DNA of 64,000 nucleotides from Gekko japonicus (taxonomy: Eukaryota). The notes under the pieces were generated by a model. That model was not told the origin of the DNA. It searched no databases and saw only the letters and a program-made list of their open reading frames with translations. The stretch spans positions 188,789 through 252,788 of the forward strand of contig NW_015168098.1 of assembly GCF_001447785.1 (NCBI RefSeq). The letters are read 5' to 3'. This document shows positions 11,155 to 24,203 of this stretch, piece after piece (position 1 is the first letter of the stretch; every line of letters begins with the position of its first letter). The translations under genes and the position numbers were made by a program.

Positions 11155-12230
11155 ATGGAAAATCAAACTAACTATTTCCTTCTACTGGCATTTCCTGACA
11201 TCCTTTGGATAGAAATCCTTCTCTTCGTCTTGCTGCTAATGGTCTATCTCCTGACTCCAACAGGAAACATTACCATCATTCTTATAACTATATTGAACAA
11301 CCAGCTGCACACGCCAATGTATTTCTTTCTGAGGAACTTCTCCATCGTGGAAATTGGCTTTATCTCCATCGCTATCCCCAACATGCTCCTCCAACTCCTC
11401 TCTGAGCAGCGAGCCATCTCGTCAGTAGCTTGTTTCACCCAGGTGTTCTTCATTTATTTTCTTGGCATCATGGAATTTGGCTGTTGGCTGTGATGGCCAT
11501 CGATCGCCACCTTGCCATTTGCCACCCCTTCCAATATTCCATTATCATGAATGACTGGCTTTGACTTCTTTTGGTAGTCACCTGCTGGCTGGTTAGCTTC
11601 CTGTTTTCCTTTTTTGTTGTTGTTGTTCAGTCGCACAGTCTAGTCCGACACTTTGTGACCCCATGGACCAGATCATGCCAGGCCTTCCTGTCTTCCACCG
11701 TCCTCTGAAGTTGGCTCAATTTCATGTTCGTTGTATCTATGACACTAACCATCTCATCCTTTGCCGTCCCCATCTTCTTTGACGCATCATTTTCTTAATC
11801 TAGCTTCTGTTTTGTGGACCCAACACCATCGATCATTTTATGTGCGACAGTGCCCCGCTGATCCACTTGGCCTGCTCTGATACACACTTCATTGAATTGC
11901 TCTATCTTATCATAGCCATTGTTGTACTGTTGGGCACCTTGGGGATTATAGTGGTTTCGTACATCAAAATTATCTCTACGGTGCTGAGGCTTCCATCTGC
12001 CGAGGTCCGGAATCGGACTTTCTCCACTTGCTCCTCACATTTTCTCATTGTCATCTTGCTGTACGGCAGCTGTATCTTTGTGTACATCCAGCCACAGCAA
12101 GAAAAATACCTTAAGTTTCAGAAGGAGTTGTCCATTCTCAACATGGTGGTGGTTCCTTTGCTGAACCCCTGCATATAAAGCTTCAGGAACAAGAAAATGC
12201 CGGAGGCCTTGAGAGTCACTGGTGGTAGAT
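11155..12230 (+). pseudogene. Olfactory receptor pseudogene
   Basis: MENQTNYF...[11 protein letters not shown]; 1-bp frameshift near 11478; RTE/BovB insert at ~11612-11783; resumes FCGPNTIDHFMCD...TFSTCSSH...PLLNPCI then a premature TAA (12176-12178) at the conserved TM7 Tyr. Confidence 0.92.
11612..11783 (-). mobile_element. RTE/BovB LINE 3' end inserted in OR pseudogene
   Basis: Reverse complement of ...tccatggggtcacaaagtgtcggactagactgtgcgactgaac(aac)n, the BovB-type 3' terminus. Confidence 0.75.
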
Positions 12231-13856
12231 AGTTAAGTCAATGGAGAAGCTAGAGCTGGTCCTACCACTGTGAATATTGAATGTATGGAAAGAGCCCTTC
12301 TTCCTGGACCTGGAGCCTCCAGGGATGAGTCTGGGACTTTCTCAGCAAGCTGGGACTGTGTTTGTTTAAGGAAGTCACTTCTAGGGCACAGAATGCACTA
12401 GGGATATGCAGTGTTTGCTCTTGTGGTTGGCAGGTTGCATGACCCCTCAGATCTATAAAAATATAGGGAAAAATAAAATCTGATATGTTATCAAGTTTTT
12501 GTCTGTCATCATGTACACAGTAAGTTAGTAACAAAAGTGAGATAAACGGATGCAGTAAATACAAACAAAAGGAAAAATCCTCCATATAATTAAACCTCCA
12601 AAAATTGAACTTGAATCTTAAAAAAAAACCTATTTGCACAATTTATTTATATGAATTTCAAGATTTGTATTGGGATAGTTTTGTATGTTTGTTATTGCTG
12701 ATTATGTAAATAATTTGTAAGTATTATTTTCAGTGTCTGCATATTTTGGGAGGTTTAATTATATGGAGGGTTTTTCATTTTTTTGTAATCACGAACACAA
12801 GAAACTGATGTGATTTGGATGGATTCCCAGAAGGATCACCAACTCCTGGGGGGGGGGGGGGAACAAAGAATCAGAAAATGTCCCATCAAACTTCACAGAG
12901 GGGAATTGAAGAGCAGCCAGATAGCTTGGGTTCTCATTTGGATACCACAACAATGGCCACATAAAACACACAAGAAAAACCTACAAGATGAAACTGGTGC
13001 AGCATGGAGTTACTCTGGCAGACACAGAATTAATTTTGTGCTCTTTGGGGAAGTACAGTGACTATCCCATGGGTCCCATAACAAACAGGGAGCTTCACAA
13101 AAGATAGGTTCTTAGGTGTGTGAATATGCCACTTCTCAAAGGTTTCCCCAGTGTTCACTGCTGGTCCAGAAAGGTGGAGAAATGCATCTGGAGAATTGGA
13201 AGATAATTTGATGCTATAACGTTTTGAAGTTAAATATCTTGTGAACCCAGAAAATGAAGACTCGGCAAGCTAGCGTTTAAAGACTCTGAACCTACACTTG
13301 AGGAATAAAAATAAAAATATAGCCTCTATAAAAATAAGGCTATAGGATAGAAAAGCAGGGGGGAAATCTGACTATCCTACAGCCAATGAAGATTTTACAT
13401 GGTAAGTGTTCTGTTAAGATAGTGAATTAAGGTGCATTGATTTATTATATTACATTAAACATCATTTATGGCATAATGATCTTTTGTTGTTAAAATGCAC
13501 ACAAGAGCAGAAACCTAGTAAGGTTTGACCCAGGACATGCCTCCTCCTGTCATTTTCTCATATAGAAAAGCATCATGCGAGGCTTTAACTGAGGTCTGGA
13601 AGGGTGGTTGTATTGGAGACACTTGACCTTTCCCCCCCCCTAGTGTTTTCCCACAGAAAATAGTCATTTCCTATCAACTTCTATCTCAAAACAGTAGCAA
13701 TAAGAACCCAATATTCCAGTCTCCATGTCTGGTACAACATACATAGTAGCAACCCTTGTAGGTGCTTTCTAAAGCTTAGGAGACCTGGCCGATATAGAAA
13801 CTGAATAATGTTTACCTGTTAAGAAACTGCAATGAGACTTCCTGTAGTGCTTTGTA

Positions 13857-13916
13857 GTTCCTGAGGAAGGACTTGAAGTCCGAAACACTAATCAATACCT
13901 AGGAAAAGTGTTGGAC
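13857..13916 (+). ncRNA. Type I hammerhead ribozyme motif (Penelope-like pLTR remnant)
   Basis: gttc-CTGAGGA-a-ggac-ttgaa-gtcc-GAAA-cact-(loop)-agtg-TT-ggac; all three stems can pair. Confidence 0.6.
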
Positions 13917-14505
13917 ATCTATTCCAGACTTCATTGTGGACATCTATTCCAGACATGATTGTTTTGAGAGACTGTTATTCTGGACTTTGTTCTTTCCCTT
14001 TGGGATATTATGGGCTTGTGTATTTTCCTATGATGGATTACATGTACTGCATTACTTATTGTGTTGAAGTCTCTTTTTAATAGCTCTTGTGTGGGTTTTT
14101 CAGTGCACAGTTGTTATTTATTGGTTTTCCTTAGTCAAGATAACAGAGCATGAAACCTTGAGATCAGATTTGAAAAACTGTTGTTAGTTGGGAGGTAAAG
14201 GCCTTTTCTCCCATATATGTTATGTAGTATTAGATTTACTTTGTAACCCTGAGAAAGGAATTAATGAAGGGGTGGGAATAATATTGATCATGATGCAAGT
14301 TCTGAAGTCTAGAACCTTTTATTCCCTAAAGCAGAGGTGCTGAACTCATTTCTTATCAGAGCCTCATCTGACATAAATGTCACTTTGACGGGCTGGGCCA
14401 TGTGTGCCATAAAATGTAATGCCAGGTACCAGAGATATAAACTATATAAAGGACTCAGGCAAACCCAATTAACAATATTTTTTTTTTTACTCAAAATACA
14501 AATAG

Positions 14506-15090
14506 AAGCAATTGATTCCTTGCAGTGAAAGCAATTGATTTACTGGAGACATCTGTCTCCACTTAGACAGGCAAAAACGATAGTAACATGAAAGGTAAAT
14601 GCTGGCTGTGTTCTGATGAAAACACCTCCTTCTGAAATTGGCTTTGTAGATGACTGATTTCTGTCCTCACAATACAAAATCAAAAGCAATTGATTCCTCG
14701 CAGTGAAAGCAATTGATTTACTGGGGAGTCCACAAAAGTCCCAATAAATGTATTTAATCATATGGAAGACTAAGTTTTTTCCCAAGGGATACCATAAAAG
14801 GGGGAGTACCTTGTATTTCCATACATACCAGTTGCTTGTGGGCCAGGTAAGAGCCCTGGATGGGCCAGTTCTGGCCCCCGGGACTTGTGTTTGACACTCC
14901 AGTCCTAAAGGGTCTAACTTCCCATTAAGACTCTCAGACAAAATATTATCCAAACGGCCAATCAATGACATCTGTCTCCACTTAGACAGGCAAAAACGAT
15001 AGTAACATGAAAGGTAAATGCTGGCTGTGTTCTGATGAAAACACCTCCTTCTGAAATTGGCTTTGTAGATGACTGATTTCTGTCCTCACA
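14506..15090 (+). repeat. Local A-B-A'...B' duplication
   Basis: 14548-14671 is identical by eye to 14967-15090; it is flanked by ~40-50-bp direct repeats at 14506-14546 and 14684-14724. Confidence 0.85.
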
Positions 15091-15094
15091 TAGC

Positions 15095-15545
15095 TAACCA
15101 GAAGAAGGCAACCAAGATGATTAGGGGGGTGGGGTACCTTTCTTTTGAGGAAAGGCTGAAGCGCCTTGGAATTTACAGTTCAGACAAGAGATGGCAAAGA
15201 GGGAACATGATAAAGGTTTATAAAATTATGCATAGGGTGGAGAGAGTTGCCAAAGAACTTCTTGCCTGCCTCCCAAAATACTGAACTTTAGGGCATCTAA
15301 TGGAGATGATGGGCAGTAGATTTAGGAAATACTGATTGAAATGTGGGATTTGCTGCCAGAGAATGTAGTGATATCCTCAGGCATAGACAGCTTTACAAGG
15401 AGATTAGACAGATTCGTGCTGTTTAGGACTATCAGTGGCTACTAGCCATGGTGATTAAAGGGAACCACCACATTCAGAGGCAGTAAACCTCTGAATACAA
15501 GTGCCAGGAGGCAACATCAGGGAAGACTACAGCCTCTATGCCATG
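15095..15545 (+). mobile_element. CR1 LINE 3' fragment
   Basis: QKKATKMIRG...SFEERLKRLG.YS..KR..RG.MIKVYKIM, a CR1 ORF2 C-terminus. Confidence 0.8.
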
Positions 15546-16015
15546 ATGTCAGGGGTGACACTCTGGGGGTTGGGTAAAATTCTATGGTAGAAACTAATTT
15601 TACCATAGAGTTTTGCCCTCAAAAAACCAGACTGTCACCCCCTGGTGTCCCTACATCACTTCCAATTTTCAGTGTTCCTCCCCGTTCCTGGTAAGTTCAC
15701 CCCCATCCCTCATCAGCAGGTCCAAGGGACCTTGCAGTCTTTGTTACCCATTTGCATCCCACTGAAATGGCTGGTGTTTTGAATATGGAAACGTGCACCT
15801 CCCACTGAATCTTATGCTGCATTGGGAGGAATCTGTGATAAGGACTGGTGTTCCATTCATGTTCTGTCCCTGTAGATATCTTAATTATGTCACCTATGAT
15901 CATGTTCATTCAACTGCAAAAAAGCAGAGAGTGAAAACAGCACAATTAACATTTCTTACAAAATGTCATTGCAAAATATTGGTTTCTGTGCATTATTTTT
16001 AGGAAGTTGCTGAAA

Positions 16016-16984
16016 ATGACAAATGGGACCAGAGTGGAGGAATTCATACTCTTGGGTTTGACTGATGACCCGAACCTTGAAATCTTGATTTTTCTCCTCC
16101 TGTTCAGCACATATCTGTTGACCATCATGGGGAACGTACTCATTATTGCAATCACACTGGTGGACCATCATCTCTATACCCCAATGTATTTCTTCCTACG
16201 ACACGTTGCATTTGTGGAGATTGGTTACACCACCACTATCATTCCCAAAACATTGGCCAACATGGCTAAGGGCCATAAAACTATCTCTGTAATAGGTTGC
16301 TTCACACAGTCCTATCTATACTTCAGCCTGGGAACTACAGAGTTCTTTCTGCTGGCAGTAATGTCTGTGGACAGGTATGTGGCTGTCTGCAACCCTCTTC
16401 GCTATTCAACCATAATTAATGGTCAAATCTGTCCATTGCTAGTGCTTTGCTGTTGGGTTGCAGGATTTTTGCTAATTTTGGGTCCGGCAGCTACATTATT
16501 TCAGATGCCATTTTGTGGCTCGAATATCATCAACCATTTTTTCTGTGACAATGGACCTTTACTCAAGCTTGTTTGTGCAGATACAAATCTACTGGAACTC
16601 GTGTCTTTCCTTTCGGCTATATTGTCTCTCATTGGGACTTTGGCAATAAATCTTGTGTCCTATGTCCATATTATTTCTAGTGTCTTACACATCCCATCAA
16701 CTGCAGGAAGGCAGAAGACCTTCTCTACTTGTTCCTCACACATCACTGTGGTCTCCATCACATACGGCAGTTGCATTTTCTTGTATGTAAAGCCAAAAGG
16801 CACTAGCAGGTTGGACTTCAGCAAGTCCGTAGCTGTCCTTAACACAGTTATATCACCTCTTCTAATCCCATTCATATATTGCCTGAGAAACAAACAAGTG
16901 AAGACTGCCTTAATAGGTGCATTTAGACAGGGACTTGTGCTCTGCAAAGCACAAGATGATAGGAGACATCAACATGAAAGTTAA
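16016..16984 (+). CDS. Olfactory receptor, family-6-like, intact (322 aa from ATG 16016)
   Basis: [10 protein letters not shown]; [51 protein letters not shown]; putative splice acceptor ttttttag at ~16002. Confidence 0.96.
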   Translation: MTNGTRVEEFILLGLTDDPNLEILIFLLLFSTYLLTIMGNVLIIAITLVDHHLYTPMYFFLRHVAFVEIGYTTTIIPKTLANMAKGHKTISVIGCFTQSYLYFSLGTTEFFLLAVMSVDRYVAVCNPLRYSTIINGQICPLLVLCCWVAGFLLILGPAATLFQMPFCGSNIINHFFCDNGPLLKLVCADTNLLELVSFLSAILSLIGTLAINLVSYVHIISSVLHIPSTAGRQKTFSTCSSHITVVSITYGSCIFLYVKPKGTSRLDFSKSVAVLNTVISPLLIPFIYCLRNKQVKTALIGAFRQGLVLCKAQDDRRHQHES

Positions 16985-17116
16985 AGTCCGCATGACGTCA
17001 ACATGAGAATTCAACACTATTGGGGGGGGGAGGTGTCAATATATTTTCTTTCCATACTTTTTGAATCCCTACCAACATATTGGTTCTCCTCAGGAACTAG
17101 TTTTTTCTCACCTCTT

Positions 17117-17600
17117 TCATAGAATTGTAGAGTTGGAGGGTACCTCCAGGGCCTTCTAGTCCAACCCCCTGCACAATGCAGGAAATTCACAAATACCTCC
17201 CCCTCCACACCCCTGTTCCATGGCCAGAAGATGACCAAAACAAAAAACAAAAAGCCAACCCTCCAGGATCTCCAGCCAAACTGGCCTGGAGAAAAAATTA
17301 CCTCCTGACCCCAAACTGGGGATCAGCATTTCCCTGGGCATGTGAGAAAGGGCCACGAGAACTAAGCACTGATGCAACCCTTCCTGCCTTCCCTCTCATG
17401 ATCTGCCTAAGTTGACAGAATCAGCATTTCTGTCAGATGGCCATCTAGTCTCTGCTTGAAAACCTCCAGAGAGCCCACCACTTCCCGAGAAAGCTTGTTT
17501 CACTGAGGTACCGCTCTGACAGGAAGTTCTTCCTAATTTTTTAGCCAAAAACTCTTCTGATTTAATTTCAACCCATTGGTTCTGGTCCAACCTTCTGGGG
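17117..17600 (-). mobile_element. CR1 LINE 3' end
   Basis: Reverse of the ...ccaactctacaattctatga CR1 terminus; related to 63449-63930. Confidence 0.75.
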
Positions 17601-17622
17601 GAACATAATTTCTTTTTAGAAG

Positions 17623-19604
17623 ACATGTGTGATGGACTGCACTTTTTAAGAGGCTTAGAAGTGCTGTACCGAGATTTGGCATTTGTAGACCTCCTCTTTC
17701 TTTGGCATCACAAAGTATTTTCATTTTGATCCTTGGTTTCTTGCCTGCCCAAACAAATTTTGACAACTCTTGTTGCCACTTGGCCAACAAATCCGTTTTA
17801 TGCAGAATTGGTATTGTTTGGAACAGGAACATCAAACGTGGTAGGACATTCATTTTTATAACTGATATTCTTCCCATCAGTGATAAGTTCATTTTATCCC
17901 ATTTCTTAAAATCTTGAGTCAGCTTAGTCCATAATTTCTCATAATTATTCTTATATAGGTCTATATTTTTTGCCGTTAATTCAATTCCAAGGTATTTTGT
18001 TTTTTTAACTACTTCACATTGTACCAGTTCTTGTAGTTCCACTTGTTTTTGTCTGATCATGTTTTTACATATAAGTTTTGTTTTATTCTTATTTACGTAA
18101 AAGCCGGCCAATTCTCCAAACTCCTTTATTTTTTGAAAAAGCAATGTCAATTTTTCTGTTGGGTTCTCCACTATAAACATTACATCGTCTGCAAATGCTC
18201 GATATTTGTATTGGTGTCCTTTATGTGTCAAGCCCTTTATTTCTTGATCGTACTGTATTTTTTGTAAAAGTATTTCCAATACCCAGATAAATAATAACGG
18301 TGATAACGGACAACCTTGCCTTGTTCCTTTCTGTACTTTGAAGTTATCTGTCAGTTCTTTATTCACATTTATTTTAGCTCTTTGTTCAGAATAGATAGCT
18401 TCAATACAATTTCTAAAATGTTGTCCCGCTTCAATCTTTTCCATCATCTGGTGCATAAAATTCCAATTAAGATTGTCAAAAGCTTTTTCTGCATCAACAA
18501 ACAGAAAAGCTACTTCTTTTTCTGGGTGCTTTTCATAATATTCAATTGCGTCCATTACTATTCTTACATTGTCTCTAATCTGCCTTTTGGGTAAAAAGCC
18601 CGCTTGATCTTCAGAAATTACCGTTTGTAAATAGTTTTTCACCCTTTCTGCAATAATTTTTGCAAAGATTTTATAATCGTTGTTCAAAAGAGATATTGGC
18701 CTGTAGTTCTTTACATTTGTTGAATCTTGTCCTTCCTTTGGAATCAAAGAAATAATTGCTTCTTTCCATGAGTCCGGCACCTTTTTGTTTTCTCTTATTT
18801 CGTTGGTTAAAGCTTCCAGGACCGGGGAAATTTCTTCTTTCATCTTTTTGTAGAATTTCGCTGTAAATCCGTCCGGCCCAGGCGCCTTCCCCAACTTTGT
18901 CTCTTCTATTGCCTTCTATTGAAATGTTCTTTTAAAAAAGCACCGGAAATTCTGCTTTTGGGACTTAAAATGGAAGAAGTCAATACGACTAAAAAGACTT
19001 TACTCTGGTACCTGATAGTGACAGCGAGAATGATTTATGCTCAGTTTTGGAAGACAGAAAAGGTACCAGAGGTTGAAGAATGGATACAAAAAGTTCTGTT
19101 CATGGCACAAATGGATAAGATTACAAAAAAACTGAATAACAAAGAAGACGATGAGTTTTTTGGAGAATGGAAGGACTTTAAAATTTATCTGGAAAAGAAC
19201 TGGGATGTGAAACAAAACTTAATATGTTTAGATCAATATTAAGTCAAATGATGTTATCTTTAGATTGTAATGATGAGAAACTGATATTGTTGATGATATG
19301 AAGTAATTTGGAGCAGGGGTGGAAGCATTGTGGGAAGCCATTGGAGGGAGGGGAGGAACTGGGAATGGGGTAGACAATTGATAGAATGAAAAGTTTTATA
19401 TGTTGTATTCCTGAGAAAATAAAAAATTTGTTTACCAAAAAAAAAAAAAGAAGTGCTGTACCGACAACTAAAGAACTGCGAACGGTTAATACTTGAGTCC
19501 ACCCTCTGTATACTAGGTTACACAGAAATTAACCCTTTACAGTCCTTTAGTTGTTGGTACAGCACTTCTAAGCCTCTTAAAAAGTGCAGTCCATCACAAC
19601 ATGT
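17623..19604. repeat. ~76-bp-arm inverted repeat interrupted by the L1
   Basis: Left arm 17623-17672 plus 19465-19490 is the reverse complement of 19528-19604. Confidence 0.85.
17673..19448. mobile_element. L1-clade LINE, 5'-truncated and 5'-inverted
   Basis: Minus-strand RT segment 17673-~18915 (KAPGPDGF, NYRPISLLN, GTRQGCPLSPLLF, FADD); plus-strand 3' segment ~18918-19448 with poly(A); 16-bp TSD agaagtgctgtaccga at 17657-17672 and 19449-19464. Confidence 0.92.
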
Positions 19605-20454
19605 TAGATATTTTTGACTACTAGCACATGTGTTAAAAAATAATAATATAAAACTCAATCCAGTTTGCCCCCAAATTGCTTTGAACATGAACTGCTAGAT
19701 GAAATGCTGAGATACTTGTAAAAGATGCCCAATTATGCAATACTGAATGTGAATTATTCAGTTTCTGAGCTGGATCTCATGGATGGTTTCTGCTAATGGT
19801 GGAGCCTTCATCCATCCACAGAAGACTCTCTTTCATGGATGGAAGGCTTTGTTTTACTCTAGAGGAACACTCCACCCATAGTGGAATGGATCCATGGTAT
19901 CCAAGTCTATATTTGGAGCATTAAATATGTGTGCATTATTGGTCGCTGTTATGATGTTTATCAGCTATGTTTGAAGACATGAAGTCTCCAGATGATATGG
20001 TCAAGTAATGTAAGCATCTTAACACATGAAAGCTAACATGAACAGCAAATGAACAGAGATGTGTCTAGGAATCATGGATGGGGGTCAGCCACCACCTCCC
20101 TTCCCTCTGATGGGTTCAGCCATGACAGTTAGAAGTTGGAGGTAAGTTCTCAGTAGTACCTGGGTCCATCCTCAGTATACTAGGTTATACAGAAATAAGA
20201 GTAACATCTAGCCATTACCAAAGGGTCTAAAAAGAAGGTGGGTAGAGGTTTCAGGTTCTCCTTGTGAGGTTCTCTGAGACATGCAATGAATGGTCATTGT
20301 CCAAAACTGAAGATTGATCTGCTTGTCCTTTGATCTGACCCAAAACAAACTCATTTGATGGCCATACGAATGATAATCTACCTTTGGTTTTGCCAGCATA
20401 CAGTTCCATGTGTTTCATTAATTAATTTGTTCATTCATTCATTCAAAGTCAAAG

Positions 20455-20647
20455 GAACACATAAAGCTGCCTTATACTGAAACAGACCCATTGAAGTCAG
20501 TACTGTCTAGTCAGACTGGCAGCAGCTCTCCAGCGTCTTAGGTAGAGGTATTTCACATCATATCTTTTTTACTTGGAGATGCTGGGGATTGAACCTGGGA
20601 CTTTCTGCATGTCAAGCAGATGCTCAACCACTGAGCCAAAGCCCCTC
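20455..20647 (-). mobile_element. tRNA-derived SINE with CR1-like tail
   Basis: Reverse tRNA head (gggattgaacctgggac...accactgagcc); relatives at ~30060-30590, 34440-34643, 41185-41400 and 49745-49960. Confidence 0.7.
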
Positions 20648-20964
20648 AGTTTCTCACTGAGACTCCAGGTGGATTGTCCATTACAGATCAAACACAATCA
20701 ACAATATGGCACATCCTGTACACAAAGCAATAAGGTTTGGAAACTTATTTATTTATTTGCATTTATATCCTGCCCATCCCGAGGGTGGGCCCAGGGCGGG
20801 TAACATCATAAGAATAAACACAATTTCAGTTCAAAACATTAAACATTAAAACACGATAAAACATTATAACAATTAAGACAATGGGGACTGCTTAGAACAG
20901 CGTCAGTTGGCTATAAAGTTCTGGCACAATGGTGCAATGAGTTAAAGGCCAGTTGTCGTGGTCA

Positions 20965-21150
20965 GTAGATGGGTGACAGGCGGGTGACAACTTATTGGAA
21001 GCACATCAGCCCTGCTCAGTCGTTGGATGGGAGGCCACCATGGAAGTCCGGAATTGCTATGAAGAGGCAGGCAATAGCAAACCACCTCTTTTCATCTCTT
21101 GCCTTGAAGAAAACCCCATGTGGTCTCCATGACTCAGCTGTGACTTGTGA
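20965..21150 (+). mobile_element. 5S-derived SINE (degenerate)
   Basis: ttggatgggaggccacc...gaggcaggcaatagcaaaccacctc. Confidence 0.55.
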
Positions 21151-22592
21151 AGGAGAATTGAAATGTACTAAGGGTGATGGAGATCTCTTTGCTGATGGTA
21201 GTCTCTTATCAGGTCAGCCAGTTTAACACTGTTAAGCTCAGACATGGTATGAAATGTCCACAGAACAGAGCATTTCCTACAACACCCATGAATCAGTATT
21301 AAATAATGCGTATGTGTAAGCTAGTGTGAGGGCTAACTATGGGTGATGTAAATAGAAATAAAGTGTACTGATGGGGAGGGGGTTGGTGCAGTATTGACTT
21401 ATTGTGTAACTGGTGTAAAAATTCTGCAAGATCCTGACATCCTTTTGCCTATACGTGCTGAGGCTTTTGTCTGTAAAGCTGTTAGGATCTTCAACTTTCT
21501 TTGGAGTAGATGGTTCCCTTGATCGTGATCAATCAATAAAGGAGTTTCTACTCAGGTGACTCTAGTAGTGATTGGACCTCCTTCTTTTTAATTTTTTTTA
21601 AATATTTATTAAGATCAAGTATAACTTATAACATGTACAATACCTGCAAAACAGTATACAACAGTTCTGAGAATCCAACATTACAAACCAGCCAGTTAAT
21701 CACCAACAAAGTTGCCATCATACATCAATAGTTATAACATAGTAACATACTAATGTAGTATCAGATCTGTTCCCATAGATAAGAATGACTTTTGAACTAT
21801 CAATCCCAATGAATGGAGTCAGGTTTAAACTACAACAATTTTAGGAGTCTGCTACTCTGAACAACAAGAGGAGTCTCGGCAGCAAGGCGGAGGTCAGAGT
21901 TAAAGCAAAAGTGAAGCCATGTGTGATAGCTCGTCCTAGAGGGCAGCACTGTTGTATTCTAAAATTACTTTTTTCTCCATCATTTGACAGCAGCCCCCCC
22001 CCCCAAACAATCTAGGAGATAAATGATTTTGAGACAATTTGATAGGCAAGTTCTCCAAGTCAGTTTAATGATCCTTTCAATAAACACTTTCACAGGACAT
22101 CCCTTCATTACATTTCTTTCTTTTATGTCTCTTGTTTTTCAAATGATACCTAACTCTGTATCGGATCAGGTGGAAAGAGGGGAGACAGCTGAAAATAATG
22201 AAAAACAGAGTGTCCAATAGATGTCCTCCCATGTGCAGACATCAAATTACTTTGATCTCTGGGACTAGCCTGAAAAATACAATTGCAACCATCAGCTATG
22301 CATTGCATTCAGAAGGATTTTGGCCTCCGCTCATAACCAAATCTGGGTTTTCCTAACTGGGGAGGTTTGATTCCAGTTTCTCCAGTTCCAGATGTGGCAG
22401 TAACATTTCTTGAACAGATCTAGCCCACACCTTCATCTCACATCCTGGAGGTGGGTTAGGTTTGCATTTGCCATCATGAATAGACAGCTTTTGTCTCCAG
22501 TTGGTGGTCAGCTGCTGGCTGTTTAGCTTCAGTGTTCCTTAACATCCATTATTTTCTTATCACAACTTCCCTTTTGTGTCACCAATAGCGGC

Positions 22593-22775
22593 CAGGGCTC
22601 TTTTCGTAGCAGGGAATCCTTTGCATATTAGGCGACACACCCCCTAATGTAGCCAATCCTCCAAGAGCTTACAGAGCTCTTCTTACAGGGGCTACTGTAA
22701 GCTCTTGGAGGATTGGCTACATTAGGGGTGTGTCACCTAATATGAAAAGGAGTCCCTGCTACAAAAGGAGCCCTG
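22593..22775. mobile_element. Fully palindromic MITE
   Basis: cagggctcttttcgtagcaggg...aatgtagccaatcctccaagagcttacag / ctgtaagctcttggaggattggctacatt...ccctgctacaaaaggagccctg. Confidence 0.75.
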
Positions 22776-23149
22776 CATACCACTGATCATGTTATGTGTA
22801 ACAGTGCCCCACTGATCCACTTGACCTGCTCCGATACATGTTTCTGAGCATAACACTGTGCCTTTCTGATGTCTCTTCTTTGATGACTATCCATTCTGTT
22901 ACATTAGTGCTACATTCTTCTACATTAGAGTTTGCACTGCTTATGCACAAATATTTGAGGGTGAGGGTCCTGTAATAGAACTGAGGCATCCATGAAGGTC
23001 TTGGGAACAGTACTGGTGGCAACAGAAACAGCCACCCATTTTTCATGAGTTTTATTTCCAATATACAGATTGATCAGGCTTCATGCGAATGCACATGGAA
23101 GGGAATGCACAAGGTGTGTTACCTCCAAAGAAGCATCAGAGCCCCTGAG

Positions 23150-23540
23150 TATAAAAGTTATGTATTTATCTGAGCATTTATATTCAACCTTTCCTTGTGG
23201 TTCAAGGCATCTTACAATAATAGCTTAAATATATATTCAGTTAAAGCTGAAAATAAATTCTCCTCCCTCTCCCCCTTTGAAGATGACTGCTATTCAACCC
23301 CCCACAACAGCTCTGGCAAACAGGCAGGCCTTGCAGTGTTTCTTGAAGATCTCCAAGGAGGAGGTCCCCCCACCACCACTTCAGGGAGCCCATTCCACAG
23401 AGCAGGAACCAAGATGGAGAAGGCCTTGGGCTCTGGTTGGTCTGAAATGGACCACGCTAAGTAGTGGAATAGCCAACAGACGCATGCCTGATTATCATAG
23501 TTGATGCACAGGGACATATGAATGGAGGAGGTTCTTCATA
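23150..23540 (-). mobile_element. Old L2 LINE 3' fragment
   Basis: Minus-strand peptide KAFSILVPALWNGLP. Confidence 0.5.
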
Positions 23541-24203
23541 GTTATTGATCCTCACCACCATCAGCCATGGAAGCACTACTCAGGCAATTCAAGAGGGTCA
23601 TCAAAGAACCCTGCTTCTCTTAGCAACTCTGAGCGACCACACAGAAGTGGTATCATTCATATTAGTCCTGGTTTGTGGGAGTACTTACAAGTATGTTCCA
23701 TTTGAGTGGATGAAAAAGTTTCTCTGTGTGTCAACATTACTTCTCATGGTTACCCATAAATGATTATAGCACAGCCTCCAAAATGGTCCGAGCGCATAAT
23801 AGGACAATGTAGATCACAGCATTGTATATATGAAATTAAGAAAAACAACAACTATCCATCTAACCTGTTTGTCCATCTACTTATCTGTATGGGTTGGATC
23901 CAGCCAGCTTTTTCATTCAGTCTCACCCTATTCCTGTCCTTACAAAACCCCTTTCACACGTGGCTGTTGTACATGAAGTCTCATAGTCCCCAGAATTTCC
24001 ATGTAGTGGGTAGGACCCTTCTGTGTGTCTGTGTCCCCCCCCCCCAACAAACTGGGATCCAACTGTATATATAGTTCCTGATTATTATTGGTTGGATAAC
24101 TCAATATATAAGTAATGGGAAAGAAAGATTAATGGAGTTGCACAAATAGATGGAGAAGTGACCACCAAGTTCCTCCTACATTCTTCAGATCTCACTAAAA
24201 ATG

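Noticed and set aside
17533-18894. Standalone reverse transcriptase gene (retron/DGR-like system)
   Set aside because: It is an L1 ORF2 fragment inside a TSD-bounded, poly(A)-tailed insertion.
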